Of a DNA stretch of 64,000 nt, positions 56,036 through 64,000 are shown piece after piece. Made by a program: the position numbers and the translations under genes. Each line of letters opens with the position of its first letter. Position 1 is the stretch's first letter. The notes beneath the pieces were generated by a model that saw nothing but the letters and a program-made list of their open reading frames with translations, was not told where the DNA came from and made no database searches. Origin of the DNA: an uncultured Clostridia bacterium (GTDB taxonomy: Bacteria; Bacillota; Clostridia; Christensenellales; UBA1242); NCBI GenBank assembly GCA_944381185.1, contig CALWKE010000001.1:456939-520938 (forward strand), in the 5' to 3' direction.

Positions 56036-57256
56036 ATGGCAAGAAGAAAAACATCAAAAACAAATAACATAATTGCTTCAATCATCTGTCTTGTTTTGGG
56101 GCTCGCCATTGGGTTTGTGTTTGAAACCTATCGGTCACTTCCTGACTCTTACAAAATTCCTGAAAAGGTTGCAGGTGGAAAGTATGAAAGCGTTGTAACG
56201 GGCGAAATTGATAGCGAAGTTGTTACATCAAGCGACCTATCAATTCACTTTATTGAACTGGGCAACAAGTATACAGGCGACTGCACCTTTATTAAAGTTG
56301 GCGACACCGAAATGCTGATTGATGCCGGCTCAAGAGCAAGCAGTATTCCATATATTTCAGAATATATCGACACTTATTGCACAGACGGCGTGCTTGAATA
56401 TGTTGTTGTGACCCACGCTCATCAAGACCACTATGCAGGTTTTGCAACAAACAGTTCAACCGACAGCCTTTTTGACCTTTACAAAGTTGAAACAATAATT
56501 GAATTCGCCCAGACCTATAAAAGTGAAAGTGCAAGCCAATACAAAAACTATCGCCGTGAAGTTGAAGAAGAGTTAACTGATAATAACGGAGCACTCTTCA
56601 CTGCCCTTGATTGCATTGAAGGCACTGCCACAATGAATGGGCAAACGGCAAGCCGAACCTTTGACCTTTCAGACGACGGCTCAATTTATTTTGAAATTCT
56701 CGACCAAAAATTCTATCACCCAGAAAACAAAGATGAAGCGGATTCTGAAAACAATTTTTCTGTTTACTTGCAAATTGTGCAGGGCGACAAAAAATATTTG
56801 TTCACTGGCGACCTTGAAGAAGAAGGCGAAGAATCTTTGGTTAAACTCAATCGTAATTCACTTTCACATGTTGAACTTTACAAGGCAGGGCACCATGGTT
56901 CAAAAACCTCTTCATCAAACGCCTTGCTTAAAGTGATTACACCTAATGTTGTTTGCGTTTGTTGCTGTGCAGGAAGCAGTGAATACACAAGCAAAAATGA
57001 AAATCAATTCCCTACTCAAGAATTTATTGACAGGGTGTCACCTTACACCAATCAAATTTATGTGACAACCCTTTGCGTTGATTACAAGGCGAATAAGTTT
57101 GAATCATTCAACGGAAATATTGTTGTTTGTGCCAGCACCAATCAAGAAACCGAAGAAACCACCATTGCAGTCTTTTGCTCAAACAACACAACGGTGTTAA
57201 AAGACACCGAGTGGTTCAAGGCGAATCGAACACTACCTGAAAACGCAGTTGCATAA
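56036..57256 (+). CDS. membrane-anchored MBL-fold hydrolase (ComEC/Rec2 beta-lactamase-domain-like)
   Basis: SD GAGGAGG before the ATG at 56036. N-terminal TM segment. VVTHAHQDHYAGF, FTGD, YKAGHHGSKTSS. Confidence 0.75.
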   Translation: MARRKTSKTNNIIASIICLVLGLAIGFVFETYRSLPDSYKIPEKVAGGKYESVVTGEIDSEVVTSSDLSIHFIELGNKYTGDCTFIKVGDTEMLIDAGSRASSIPYISEYIDTYCTDGVLEYVVVTHAHQDHYAGFATNSSTDSLFDLYKVETIIEFAQTYKSESASQYKNYRREVEEELTDNNGALFTALDCIEGTATMNGQTASRTFDLSDDGSIYFEILDQKFYHPENKDEADSENNFSVYLQIVQGDKKYLFTGDLEEEGEESLVKLNRNSLSHVELYKAGHHGSKTSSSNALLKVITPNVVCVCCCAGSSEYTSKNENQFPTQEFIDRVSPYTNQIYVTTLCVDYKANKFESFNGNIVVCASTNQETEETTIAVFCSNNTTVLKDTEWFKANRTLPENAVA

Positions 57257-57297
57257 TAAAAAATCGCAAAAATTCAATAAAAATAATAAAAAATATG

Positions 57298-57335
57298 GCA
57301 AAAATTATTAAAAAATAATAATTTTTGCTTTTTTT
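57298..57335 (+). terminator. intrinsic terminator
   Basis: 12-bp stem GCAAAAATTATT / AATAATTTTTGC with a 7-nt loop and T7 run. Confidence 0.8.
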
Positions 57336-57455
57336 ATTTCAAATTATGTTATCTATAAACAAGTGAAATCTTTCAAAAATTATTGTGACAGGGGTTGAAT
57401 TAAAAATCAATATTTGTATGTTAAAATAAAAGCAAACAATAAACAAGGAGATATT

Positions 57456-58745
57456 ATGACACAAATAAACTTAAAAGAAGAATTCAACCATTTAAAAATC
57501 AAAACACCTTATGCCCCAATTGTGTGCGGAAACAAAAATTATTCAATTTCAATTGATTTTAGCGACGATTGGAGCAATATTCAAAACAAAATTGCAGTTT
57601 TTGTGATAGGTAGCAAAAAAACCGCAGTCGAATTTTCGGGCGACACATTTGCTGTTCCTGCACTTCCAAATGCAAATCATGCAAAGTTAATAATTATGTC
57701 AGCCGAAAGTGAAAGTGAAGCAAAAGTGACTTCAACCTTTGAACTTAACTTAAAACCAACCCTTCATGCCGATGACATGAAAGAATTTAAACCACTCTCA
57801 AACTATGCACAGGAAATGATTTCAAAAATAAACGGGCTTGTTAATGGAACTGTTAAAGCAAAGCATGCCGAACTTGCCGACACCGCAACCATTGCACTCA
57901 ACTCATCAAATTCAAACTTGCTTATAAACGGCGACTTCAAAATCAACCAGCGTGGAAGCACAATTTATAACTGCACAAAAAATGAATACACTGTTGACAG
58001 ATGGCTCGGCTCAAACAATTTAACTGTAACAAAAACCGCAAGCGGTGTTACCCTTTCAAACACAAGCACATCAGCAAGCACAACTTTTGTTCAAAAATTA
58101 GAAGAACCCTATTCATCATTTGCAGGGCAATCACTCACACTTTCTGCAAAAATCGCTGGCGAAATTTACTTTTTAACAACCACCATTCCAGCCACAGCAC
58201 CAACCACTGCAACAACTCTTAAAACCGCAACCATTTCAACTGGTGTTTCACTTGTTATGAATGTTTACACAAACAGCATTTTAGGTTTTGGCATAAACCT
58301 TTCACCTGAAGCAACCACAACTTTAACCTATTTAAAATTAGAAGTTGGCACATCGCCAACAATTTTCACCCCTCGCCCCTATGCCGAAGAACTCGCCCTC
58401 TGCCAAAGATTTTATTTAGAAATAAAACCATATAACAATAATTATGATTTGTTTGGTATAGGTGGTGTTACATCAACAACAAATTCACAAATTATTATTA
58501 CAATAACAAATCCATTAAGAATTACTCCAACTCTTGTTGTTTATGGAAATGGATTTACAATAGTTACTGCTGGACTCCAAACAATATATAAACCAAATAA
58601 TATTTCAATTAGAAGTATATTTTGCAATCAAATAATTTTAAATTGTGGTTCTGAAACAGAAATTCAAAATACAAATCAATTTGTTTTTTTAAGAAACCAT
58701 GAAAGTGGTTCTTCAAAAATATCATTAGATGCTGAAATTTATTAA
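57456..58745 (+). CDS. phage tail-fibre / receptor-binding-protein-like protein
   Basis: SD AAGGAG before the ATG at 57456. NLLINGDFKINQRG, YTVDRW, YLKLEVGTSPTIFTPRPYAEELALCQRFY is a pattern I associate with Firmicute prophage fibre proteins. No signal peptide. Confidence 0.4.
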   Translation: MTQINLKEEFNHLKIKTPYAPIVCGNKNYSISIDFSDDWSNIQNKIAVFVIGSKKTAVEFSGDTFAVPALPNANHAKLIIMSAESESEAKVTSTFELNLKPTLHADDMKEFKPLSNYAQEMISKINGLVNGTVKAKHAELADTATIALNSSNSNLLINGDFKINQRGSTIYNCTKNEYTVDRWLGSNNLTVTKTASGVTLSNTSTSASTTFVQKLEEPYSSFAGQSLTLSAKIAGEIYFLTTTIPATAPTTATTLKTATISTGVSLVMNVYTNSILGFGINLSPEATTTLTYLKLEVGTSPTIFTPRPYAEELALCQRFYLEIKPYNNNYDLFGIGGVTSTTNSQIIITITNPLRITPTLVVYGNGFTIVTAGLQTIYKPNNISIRSIFCNQIILNCGSETEIQNTNQFVFLRNHESGSSKISLDAEIY

Positions 58746-58771
58746 AAAAAGCCAATATTTTGGCTTTTTTA
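58744..58771. terminator. bidirectional intrinsic terminator
   Basis: AAAAAAAGCCAATATTTTGGCTTTTTT lies between convergent genes. Confidence 0.75.
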
Positions 58772-60676
58772 TAATGAAATAATATTTGTATATTTTTGAC
58801 CTGAAAGGTTAATATATCCAATATTTAATACGGCATAATTTCCATATTCTTCTGAATTTATTTCATTTATACATTTCATTCCTATTATTAAACTATCAAA
58901 TTTATCAAGATCTAATTTTTTATTAATAATTAATGGATTGTTTATTAAATTAGTAATATCTTCAGAATATATCTCATTTTCATTTATTTTTATATATACG
59001 TATAAACAACTCTTTTCTATTAACATATTAGGCAAAACATTAATATTAATTTGAATATATTCTTTATCTATAACTTCTTTATTTACTTTTAATTCACAAT
59101 AGTCATCTTTTTTTATGTATTTTTTATCAAAACCAAATGTTGTTTCATATAGTCCAATTATTTTAAATATTTTATTATTACTATTTGTATTAAAGGTTAT
59201 ATTATTTTTTAATCTTATTTCATTAAATTTATCTATTTTGTATAAATCAAATAAACTATCTTCACTATTTTCTATATAATACAATAATTCAGGCCATAAC
59301 TTCTTTGTCGTTAACTTTACTATTAAGTTTTTATCTCTAATTATTTTTGGTTCACAAAAACCAAACTCTAATAATTTTCTACAATTTAATAACATATATG
59401 TGTTAAATGCCCAGTCATTTTCAAGTAAAGTTGCCGCATTGTTCCATGCACTCATTCTCTGTTCCCAATAAAATAATCTAACTCTTTCATAATCAAAAAT
59501 CTCATCCCATTGGTTTCTCTTCCAAAAGTCATTAATTATATCCTTTATTTCGTGACGAATTGACCAATACATCATCCATCCTGACATGATTTCTTGAGGT
59601 GAATTATGTTTTGGTGGTTTTGGATAAACATAAGTCAAATCTCTAATTATTTCAATTAAATTACTTTGAACGTGAATTCCATTTGGTAATTCATTTAAAT
59701 ATTCTTGAATTACACCTGGAATATGTTGATGATAATGATTTCTTTTAACTATTTTTAGCATTTCATCATTTAATGAATGTTTTAACTTTAATGTCTTAAA
59801 ATTTAAATTATAAACCTCACTAATTTTTTTTGCATAATTATAATCCTTAAATCTATTAAATTGGTTATAATCTTTCAAATTTGGTGATTCATTTACAAAA
59901 GTAAAAAACACACATTTATCTTTTATTTCTTTACATGCCGAAATTGTCAATTTGCTATCATTCCCTGCTGTTGTTGATATAATTGGTGTCGTATATTTAG
60001 CAAGTGTTATCATTTGATTTTTTAAATGATTTGGTAAAATTGTTAAAATTTCATCTAATGTTGTTTCTTTATGATTTTCTCTAGGATAAAATCTTCTAAT
60101 ATTTAATTTTTGTAAGTCAATTTCATGATTAGCCAATAAAATTTTTATATTTTTATAAGGGGTCAAATCTCCTGGCAATGTCCAAGGTCTATTTTTTTGT
60201 ATTTTATTATAAATTTCATAAAATGGATGGTTCGCATCTTTTGTTAAACCTGCAATAATCTCATAATGTGAAGCAATAATACATTCTTTTTCATGATAAT
60301 AAACACTTCTCATAGCGGTAGCATCATTTAAAGCATATAAATTTTGATTATGTCCATAAATTATAATAAACCTTCCATTTAAATTATCTATATATTCATA
60401 AAAATTATTTAATGATTTTTTTAAGTTATTTATTAAGTTTTTACAAATTAAATCAATTTCCATATGCCAATCAATAGTATCCATCGCATATCCCATAATA
60501 AGACACATATTATCATCTTCTCTTTTATAAGAAAATTGATTTTTTGAATCATACCATAAACTATATGTTTTATTACAGTATTCAAAAGAAAAATTTTTCC
60601 AATCTTCTTTTGGAGATTCAATTTTTTTGTCCGAAAAAACAAATCCTCTGCAAAATAAAGCATAATTATAGTTCAT
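58769..60676 (-). CDS. hypothetical protein with asparagine-synthase-like architecture and degenerate catalytic motifs
   Basis: LNGRFIIIYGHNQNLYALNDATAMRSVYY resembles AsnB L.G.FAF...RD..G..PLYY. TTAGNDSKLTISA sits where the SGGxDS PP-loop belongs. There is no Cys2. SD AAGGAGA. Confidence 0.4.
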   Translation of the reverse strand: MNYNYALFCRGFVFSDKKIESPKEDWKNFSFEYCNKTYSLWYDSKNQFSYKREDDNMCLIMGYAMDTIDWHMEIDLICKNLINNLKKSLNNFYEYIDNLNGRFIIIYGHNQNLYALNDATAMRSVYYHEKECIIASHYEIIAGLTKDANHPFYEIYNKIQKNRPWTLPGDLTPYKNIKILLANHEIDLQKLNIRRFYPRENHKETTLDEILTILPNHLKNQMITLAKYTTPIISTTAGNDSKLTISACKEIKDKCVFFTFVNESPNLKDYNQFNRFKDYNYAKKISEVYNLNFKTLKLKHSLNDEMLKIVKRNHYHQHIPGVIQEYLNELPNGIHVQSNLIEIIRDLTYVYPKPPKHNSPQEIMSGWMMYWSIRHEIKDIINDFWKRNQWDEIFDYERVRLFYWEQRMSAWNNAATLLENDWAFNTYMLLNCRKLLEFGFCEPKIIRDKNLIVKLTTKKLWPELLYYIENSEDSLFDLYKIDKFNEIRLKNNITFNTNSNNKIFKIIGLYETTFGFDKKYIKKDDYCELKVNKEVIDKEYIQININVLPNMLIEKSCLYVYIKINENEIYSEDITNLINNPLIINKKLDLDKFDSLIIGMKCINEINSEEYGNYAVLNIGYINLSGQKYTNIISL

Positions 60677-60935
60677 ATCACAATTCTCCTTAGTTTTTAA
60701 CTAATATTTCTACATTATTAATTGTCTTTACATTTTTATAATAATTTAATAAAAAACTATTATATTTATTATAAACATCAACATTAACAATTACAAAATC
60801 GAAAGGCATTTTAGTGCCAATATCAATATTTAATGAATAGATTGATAAAATATTAAAACAAATAATTAATATTAAAATGAGAAAATAAACTTCTAAAAAA
60901 AATATTTTGGGAAAAATTTTATATATTCTTCCAAA

Positions 60936-63041
60936 TTACCATAATCCTTTTTTAGTTAAATATTCATCTCCTGCTTTTTTACCAGCAAATATTCTAATGA
61001 AGCAATATTTAATTCCCCTTTTTTTTGCTAATTTTAACTTTTGTTTAAATGGAGTTTTTATTTTTTTTGACTTACAATTGCTTTTATTTTGTTCGTTTTT
61101 TAATATAATCTTTAATTTTTTGTTTTCATCTATAATATCATTAAAATACTTCATTATATTTGAAATTCCCAACAAATATTGAATAAACTCATAATTGTTT
61201 TTTGAATACCAATAGTCCTTTTTATGATTATTAAAATCAAAAAATGTATTAGAATTTTCTTTTATTATAGTCAATATTTTATCAAGTCCTTCAACTGTTT
61301 TTACATTTTTAAAATTATTTACTATTTTATCTAATGAATTATTTAAAAAACTTTGTTTGTATTTATCAAATAAATTATGTTCTTTTAGGTAATTATAAAG
61401 GATCATATTTGCATCCCAAAATAATGATGGGGTTTCATCTTTTGTAGATTCAAGACTATTTGAATTATTAATACGATAATATAAGAGTCTTTCTTTTACA
61501 CAAGTTATTCTTTTTGCATATGCAAGTGCTATAACAACAAAATAAAAATCTTCTGACCTTTTTATCGGCAAAAATTTAATATCGTGTTCAATTATAAACG
61601 AACGTTTAAACATTTTTGCCCATGGATTTCCACCTGTTATATTAAATATATATTTTGGAATATCATCTCCATTAAAAACATCTTTTGGAGGGAGTAGTCT
61701 TTCATTTAATGAAAAACCTGCTCCATCAATTGACACTTTTTTTGTTTTATCATCTAAAGAAAACGCCTTTGTTATAACAATATCCGAGTCAAAACTTATT
61801 GCTTTTTTATACATTTTCATTAAAGCATTCTCTTTTAATTGGTCATCTGCATCAAGAAAAACTATATAATCTCCTGTTGCTTTTTGCACCCCATTATTTC
61901 TTGCAACTCCCGCATATTGATTTTGTTGTCTAAAAAGTTTTATACGATTATCTTTTGATGCAAATTCTTTTAACTTTTCATAAGTTCCATCTGTTGAACC
62001 ATCATCAACACATATTATTTCAATATCTTTTAATGATTGACTTGTAACAGATAAAATGGTTCTATAAATATATTGTCTTGCATTATATGAAGGAATAATA
62101 ACTGAAACTAAAGGGTTATCAATTTTAATTGTATCTTCATTTTGTAGTTCTTGTTTTGTAAAATATACGTGATCTGGTTTTATTTTTTTTAAATATTTTC
62201 TATTTAATTCTATTTTATTAAATGGTGAATTTCTAAAATATTCAAACCATTCTTCTGCTAATGGAACATCAATATATTTGCTTGGTTTATCAGCAGAAGC
62301 AAAATGAACGATATCAGCATTTTTTAAATAATCAATCATTTTTGATTGTTTTTTTAATCCAAAAAAATTAATAAAAATATCTTCACTATAATTTCTCCAA
62401 CAAGTAATTACGAAATTATATTTTAATGATAAATATTTTACCTTATCTTTAAAAACAACATTAAATGCGTCTTGATCCATATAAAAGTTGTTTTTATATA
62501 ATCTATATTTTATAAGTTTTTGTGGAATTTTATCTTCTCTTAATTTTTTTAAGTTTAATAGTAACATTCCCGAATTAAAGTAATATTTATTTTTTACCTT
62601 TAACCTTTTTCTAAAGTCAGATGGATATGTTAACCCATTATAATCAACAACTACCCCTGAATAAACTTTTGATATATCTTCATTGTAAAGGTTTACCAAA
62701 TCTGATTGAAATAACACATCGCCATCGATATATAAAATCTTATCTAAATTTTGAAATATATTAGGTAAATCAAATTTAAAAAGAGCTGTCGTTGACACGT
62801 GCAAATTATCTTTTTTTAAATTTTCATATTTTGTTCCATCAACTTTAATAATGTTAATTTTAAAATTTTTTGATTTTAGTTTATTAAATTTAGATATATA
62901 ATTATTATCAACATTATTACAAATTATATTAATGTTATATACACAATTATCATTTCTATGTTTTTTTAATGAATAAATTGCAACACCTGTAAGAATTGAA
63001 AAATCATTATCTGTTATAAAAACAATATTAATATTTTCCAT
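60936..63041 (-). CDS. bifunctional glycosyltransferase (N-terminal GT8, C-terminal GT2)
   Basis: GT8: IVFITDNDF, YIDGDVLF (DxD), VHFASADKPSKY. GT2: VSVIIPSYN, CVDDGSTDGT, FLDADDQL. The ATG at 63041 lies 4 nt after the ugd stop. Confidence 0.8.
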   Translation of the reverse strand: MENINIVFITDNDFSILTGVAIYSLKKHRNDNCVYNINIICNNVDNNYISKFNKLKSKNFKINIIKVDGTKYENLKKDNLHVSTTALFKFDLPNIFQNLDKILYIDGDVLFQSDLVNLYNEDISKVYSGVVVDYNGLTYPSDFRKRLKVKNKYYFNSGMLLLNLKKLREDKIPQKLIKYRLYKNNFYMDQDAFNVVFKDKVKYLSLKYNFVITCWRNYSEDIFINFFGLKKQSKMIDYLKNADIVHFASADKPSKYIDVPLAEEWFEYFRNSPFNKIELNRKYLKKIKPDHVYFTKQELQNEDTIKIDNPLVSVIIPSYNARQYIYRTILSVTSQSLKDIEIICVDDGSTDGTYEKLKEFASKDNRIKLFRQQNQYAGVARNNGVQKATGDYIVFLDADDQLKENALMKMYKKAISFDSDIVITKAFSLDDKTKKVSIDGAGFSLNERLLPPKDVFNGDDIPKYIFNITGGNPWAKMFKRSFIIEHDIKFLPIKRSEDFYFVVIALAYAKRITCVKERLLYYRINNSNSLESTKDETPSLFWDANMILYNYLKEHNLFDKYKQSFLNNSLDKIVNNFKNVKTVEGLDKILTIIKENSNTFFDFNNHKKDYWYSKNNYEFIQYLLGISNIMKYFNDIIDENKKLKIILKNEQNKSNCKSKKIKTPFKQKLKLAKKRGIKYCFIRIFAGKKAGDEYLTKKGLW

Positions 63042-63045
63042 ACAT

Positions 63046-64000
63046 TTAATCCCTTTCAAAAATATCTCTTGTGTAAACTTTTTCTTTTGCGTTTTCAAGA
63101 GCCTTGTCAAACCTGTTAGCCAAAATTATGTCACACTCTTTTTTAAATTTTTCAAGGTCACTTTCAAGTTCGGTTCCTTCTGGTGCAATTTTGATGCTAG
63201 GTTCAAATATCACAACTTTTCGTTCTTTTGCTAAAATTTTTATTATGTCAAAAATTGCACTTGACCTGCAGTTATCAGAACCCGACTTCATAATCAGTCT
63301 GTAAATTCCAACGGTATCGGTTGAAATTGTTTTATCTAAAATGGTGTTAGCAATAAACTCTTTTCTAACTTGATTGCTATCAACAATTGAGTCAATCAAA
63401 CTGTTTGGTATGCCACTATAATTTGCCTTCAACTGTTTTGTGTCTTTAGGAAAACAATAACCACCATAACCAAAAGATGGATTGTTATAAAAGTTTCCAA
63501 TTCGTGAATCGGCACACATTCCTTCAATTATATCTTTGGTATTTAACCCGTTTTTAATTGCGTAGTTATCAACTTCATTAAAATAGGCAACTCGCATTGC
63601 AAGATATGTGTTAGAGAAAAGTTTAACACTTTCGGCTTCCAAGGTGTTCATAACAAGAATTGGCATATCTTTTTTTATCGCACCTTCTTTAAGAAGTTCA
63701 GCAAATTCTTTTGCTTTTTCAAGTTCACTTTCATTTTGTTTGTTGCAACCAACAATTATTCGTGTTGGATAAAGATTGTCTTTAAGGGCTTTGCCTTCCC
63801 TTAAAAATTCAGGAGAAAACATTATGTTTAAATTTTTAAACTTATCTTTAACTTTGTTTGTGTAGCCAATTGGTATGGTTGATTTAATTATAACGGTTGC
63901 TTGACTTTCAATTTGAGAAAGGTTTTCAAGAACGCTATCAACTGAACTGGTATCAAAATAATTTTGTTCTTCATCAAAATTTGTTGGTGTTGCAATTATT
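63046..64000 (-). CDS. ugd: UDP-glucose 6-dehydrogenase, 5' end outside window
   Basis: SPEFLREGKALKDNLYPTRIIVG, GYGGYCFPKDT (catalytic Cys). The frame is open to the window edge (IIATPTNFDEE...). Confidence 0.85.
   Translation of the reverse strand, partial: IIATPTNFDEEQNYFDTSSVDSVLENLSQIESQATVIIKSTIPIGYTNKVKDKFKNLNIMFSPEFLREGKALKDNLYPTRIIVGCNKQNESELEKAKEFAELLKEGAIKKDMPILVMNTLEAESVKLFSNTYLAMRVAYFNEVDNYAIKNGLNTKDIIEGMCADSRIGNFYNNPSFGYGGYCFPKDTKQLKANYSGIPNSLIDSIVDSNQVRKEFIANTILDKTISTDTVGIYRLIMKSGSDNCRSSAIFDIIKILAKERKVVIFEPSIKIAPEGTELESDLEKFKKECDIILANRFDKALENAKEKVYTRDIFERD

Noticed and set aside
60907-61182. 91-aa plus-strand ORF.
   Set aside because: It is antisense to the 3' end of the GT8-GT2 gene, is a phenylalanine/leucine-rich artefact of AT-rich DNA, and has no SD.

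Overview
This is a 64-kb window from a low-G+C, Bacillota (Firmicutes)-like chromosome. It uses the standard code: TGA ends well-supported genes at 1223-1225, 6258-6260, 18577-18579 and 56032-56034. I count about 60 protein genes, more than 80% on the minus strand, plus two tRNAs (Met-CAU, Glu-UUC). There are no rRNA genes, CRISPR arrays, transposases or integrases.

The backbone is housekeeping with classic Firmicute synteny on the minus strand: gltX ... mrnC-rlmB-sigH-dnaX-ybaB-recR. Other backbone genes are tex, degV, pgi, ROK glucokinase, a thyX-folD operon, an ABC-F ATPase, pnuC, a DUF368 polyprenyl-phosphate transporter, and CoA-disulfide reductase with rhodanese. Cell-envelope polysaccharide genes form several blocks:
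- two O-antigen-ligase-like paralogs, a GT4 and a sugar-phosphate transferase at 38-44 kb
- Wzm/Wzt plus a GT2 at 52.4-55.4 kb
- an asparagine-synthase-like gene, a GT8-GT2 fusion and ugd at 58.8-64 kb

Observations worth following up:
1. A very AT-rich, partly decayed island (48.2-52.1 kb) abuts the 3' end of tRNA-Glu. It carries an intact, translationally coupled ABC/AAA_21-type ATPase plus a small RloB/Toprim-like protein. This is a candidate AbiL/PARIS/OLD-class defence module. Beside it lie a frameshifted HEPN-like gene and a stop-riddled membrane-protein remnant.
2. dnaX is split exactly after clamp-loader domain III. The tau-specific C-terminal region continues in the +1 frame across a TTT CCC A motif one codon before the stop.
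3. A 39-bp tandem repeat (four units) has a solo copy 40 kb away. Both sit just after intrinsic terminators.
4. A recurrent A-tract-phased element with core AAAAA(A/T)CGCAAAAAT lies at or just after stop codons. It includes a 25-nt exact match between two unlinked loci.
5. thyX is an internally duplicated fusion whose two halves have lost complementary parts of the ThyX motif.
6. An orphan phage receptor-binding-protein-like gene sits inside a polysaccharide locus.

All family assignments come from reading motifs by eye. No searches were run.
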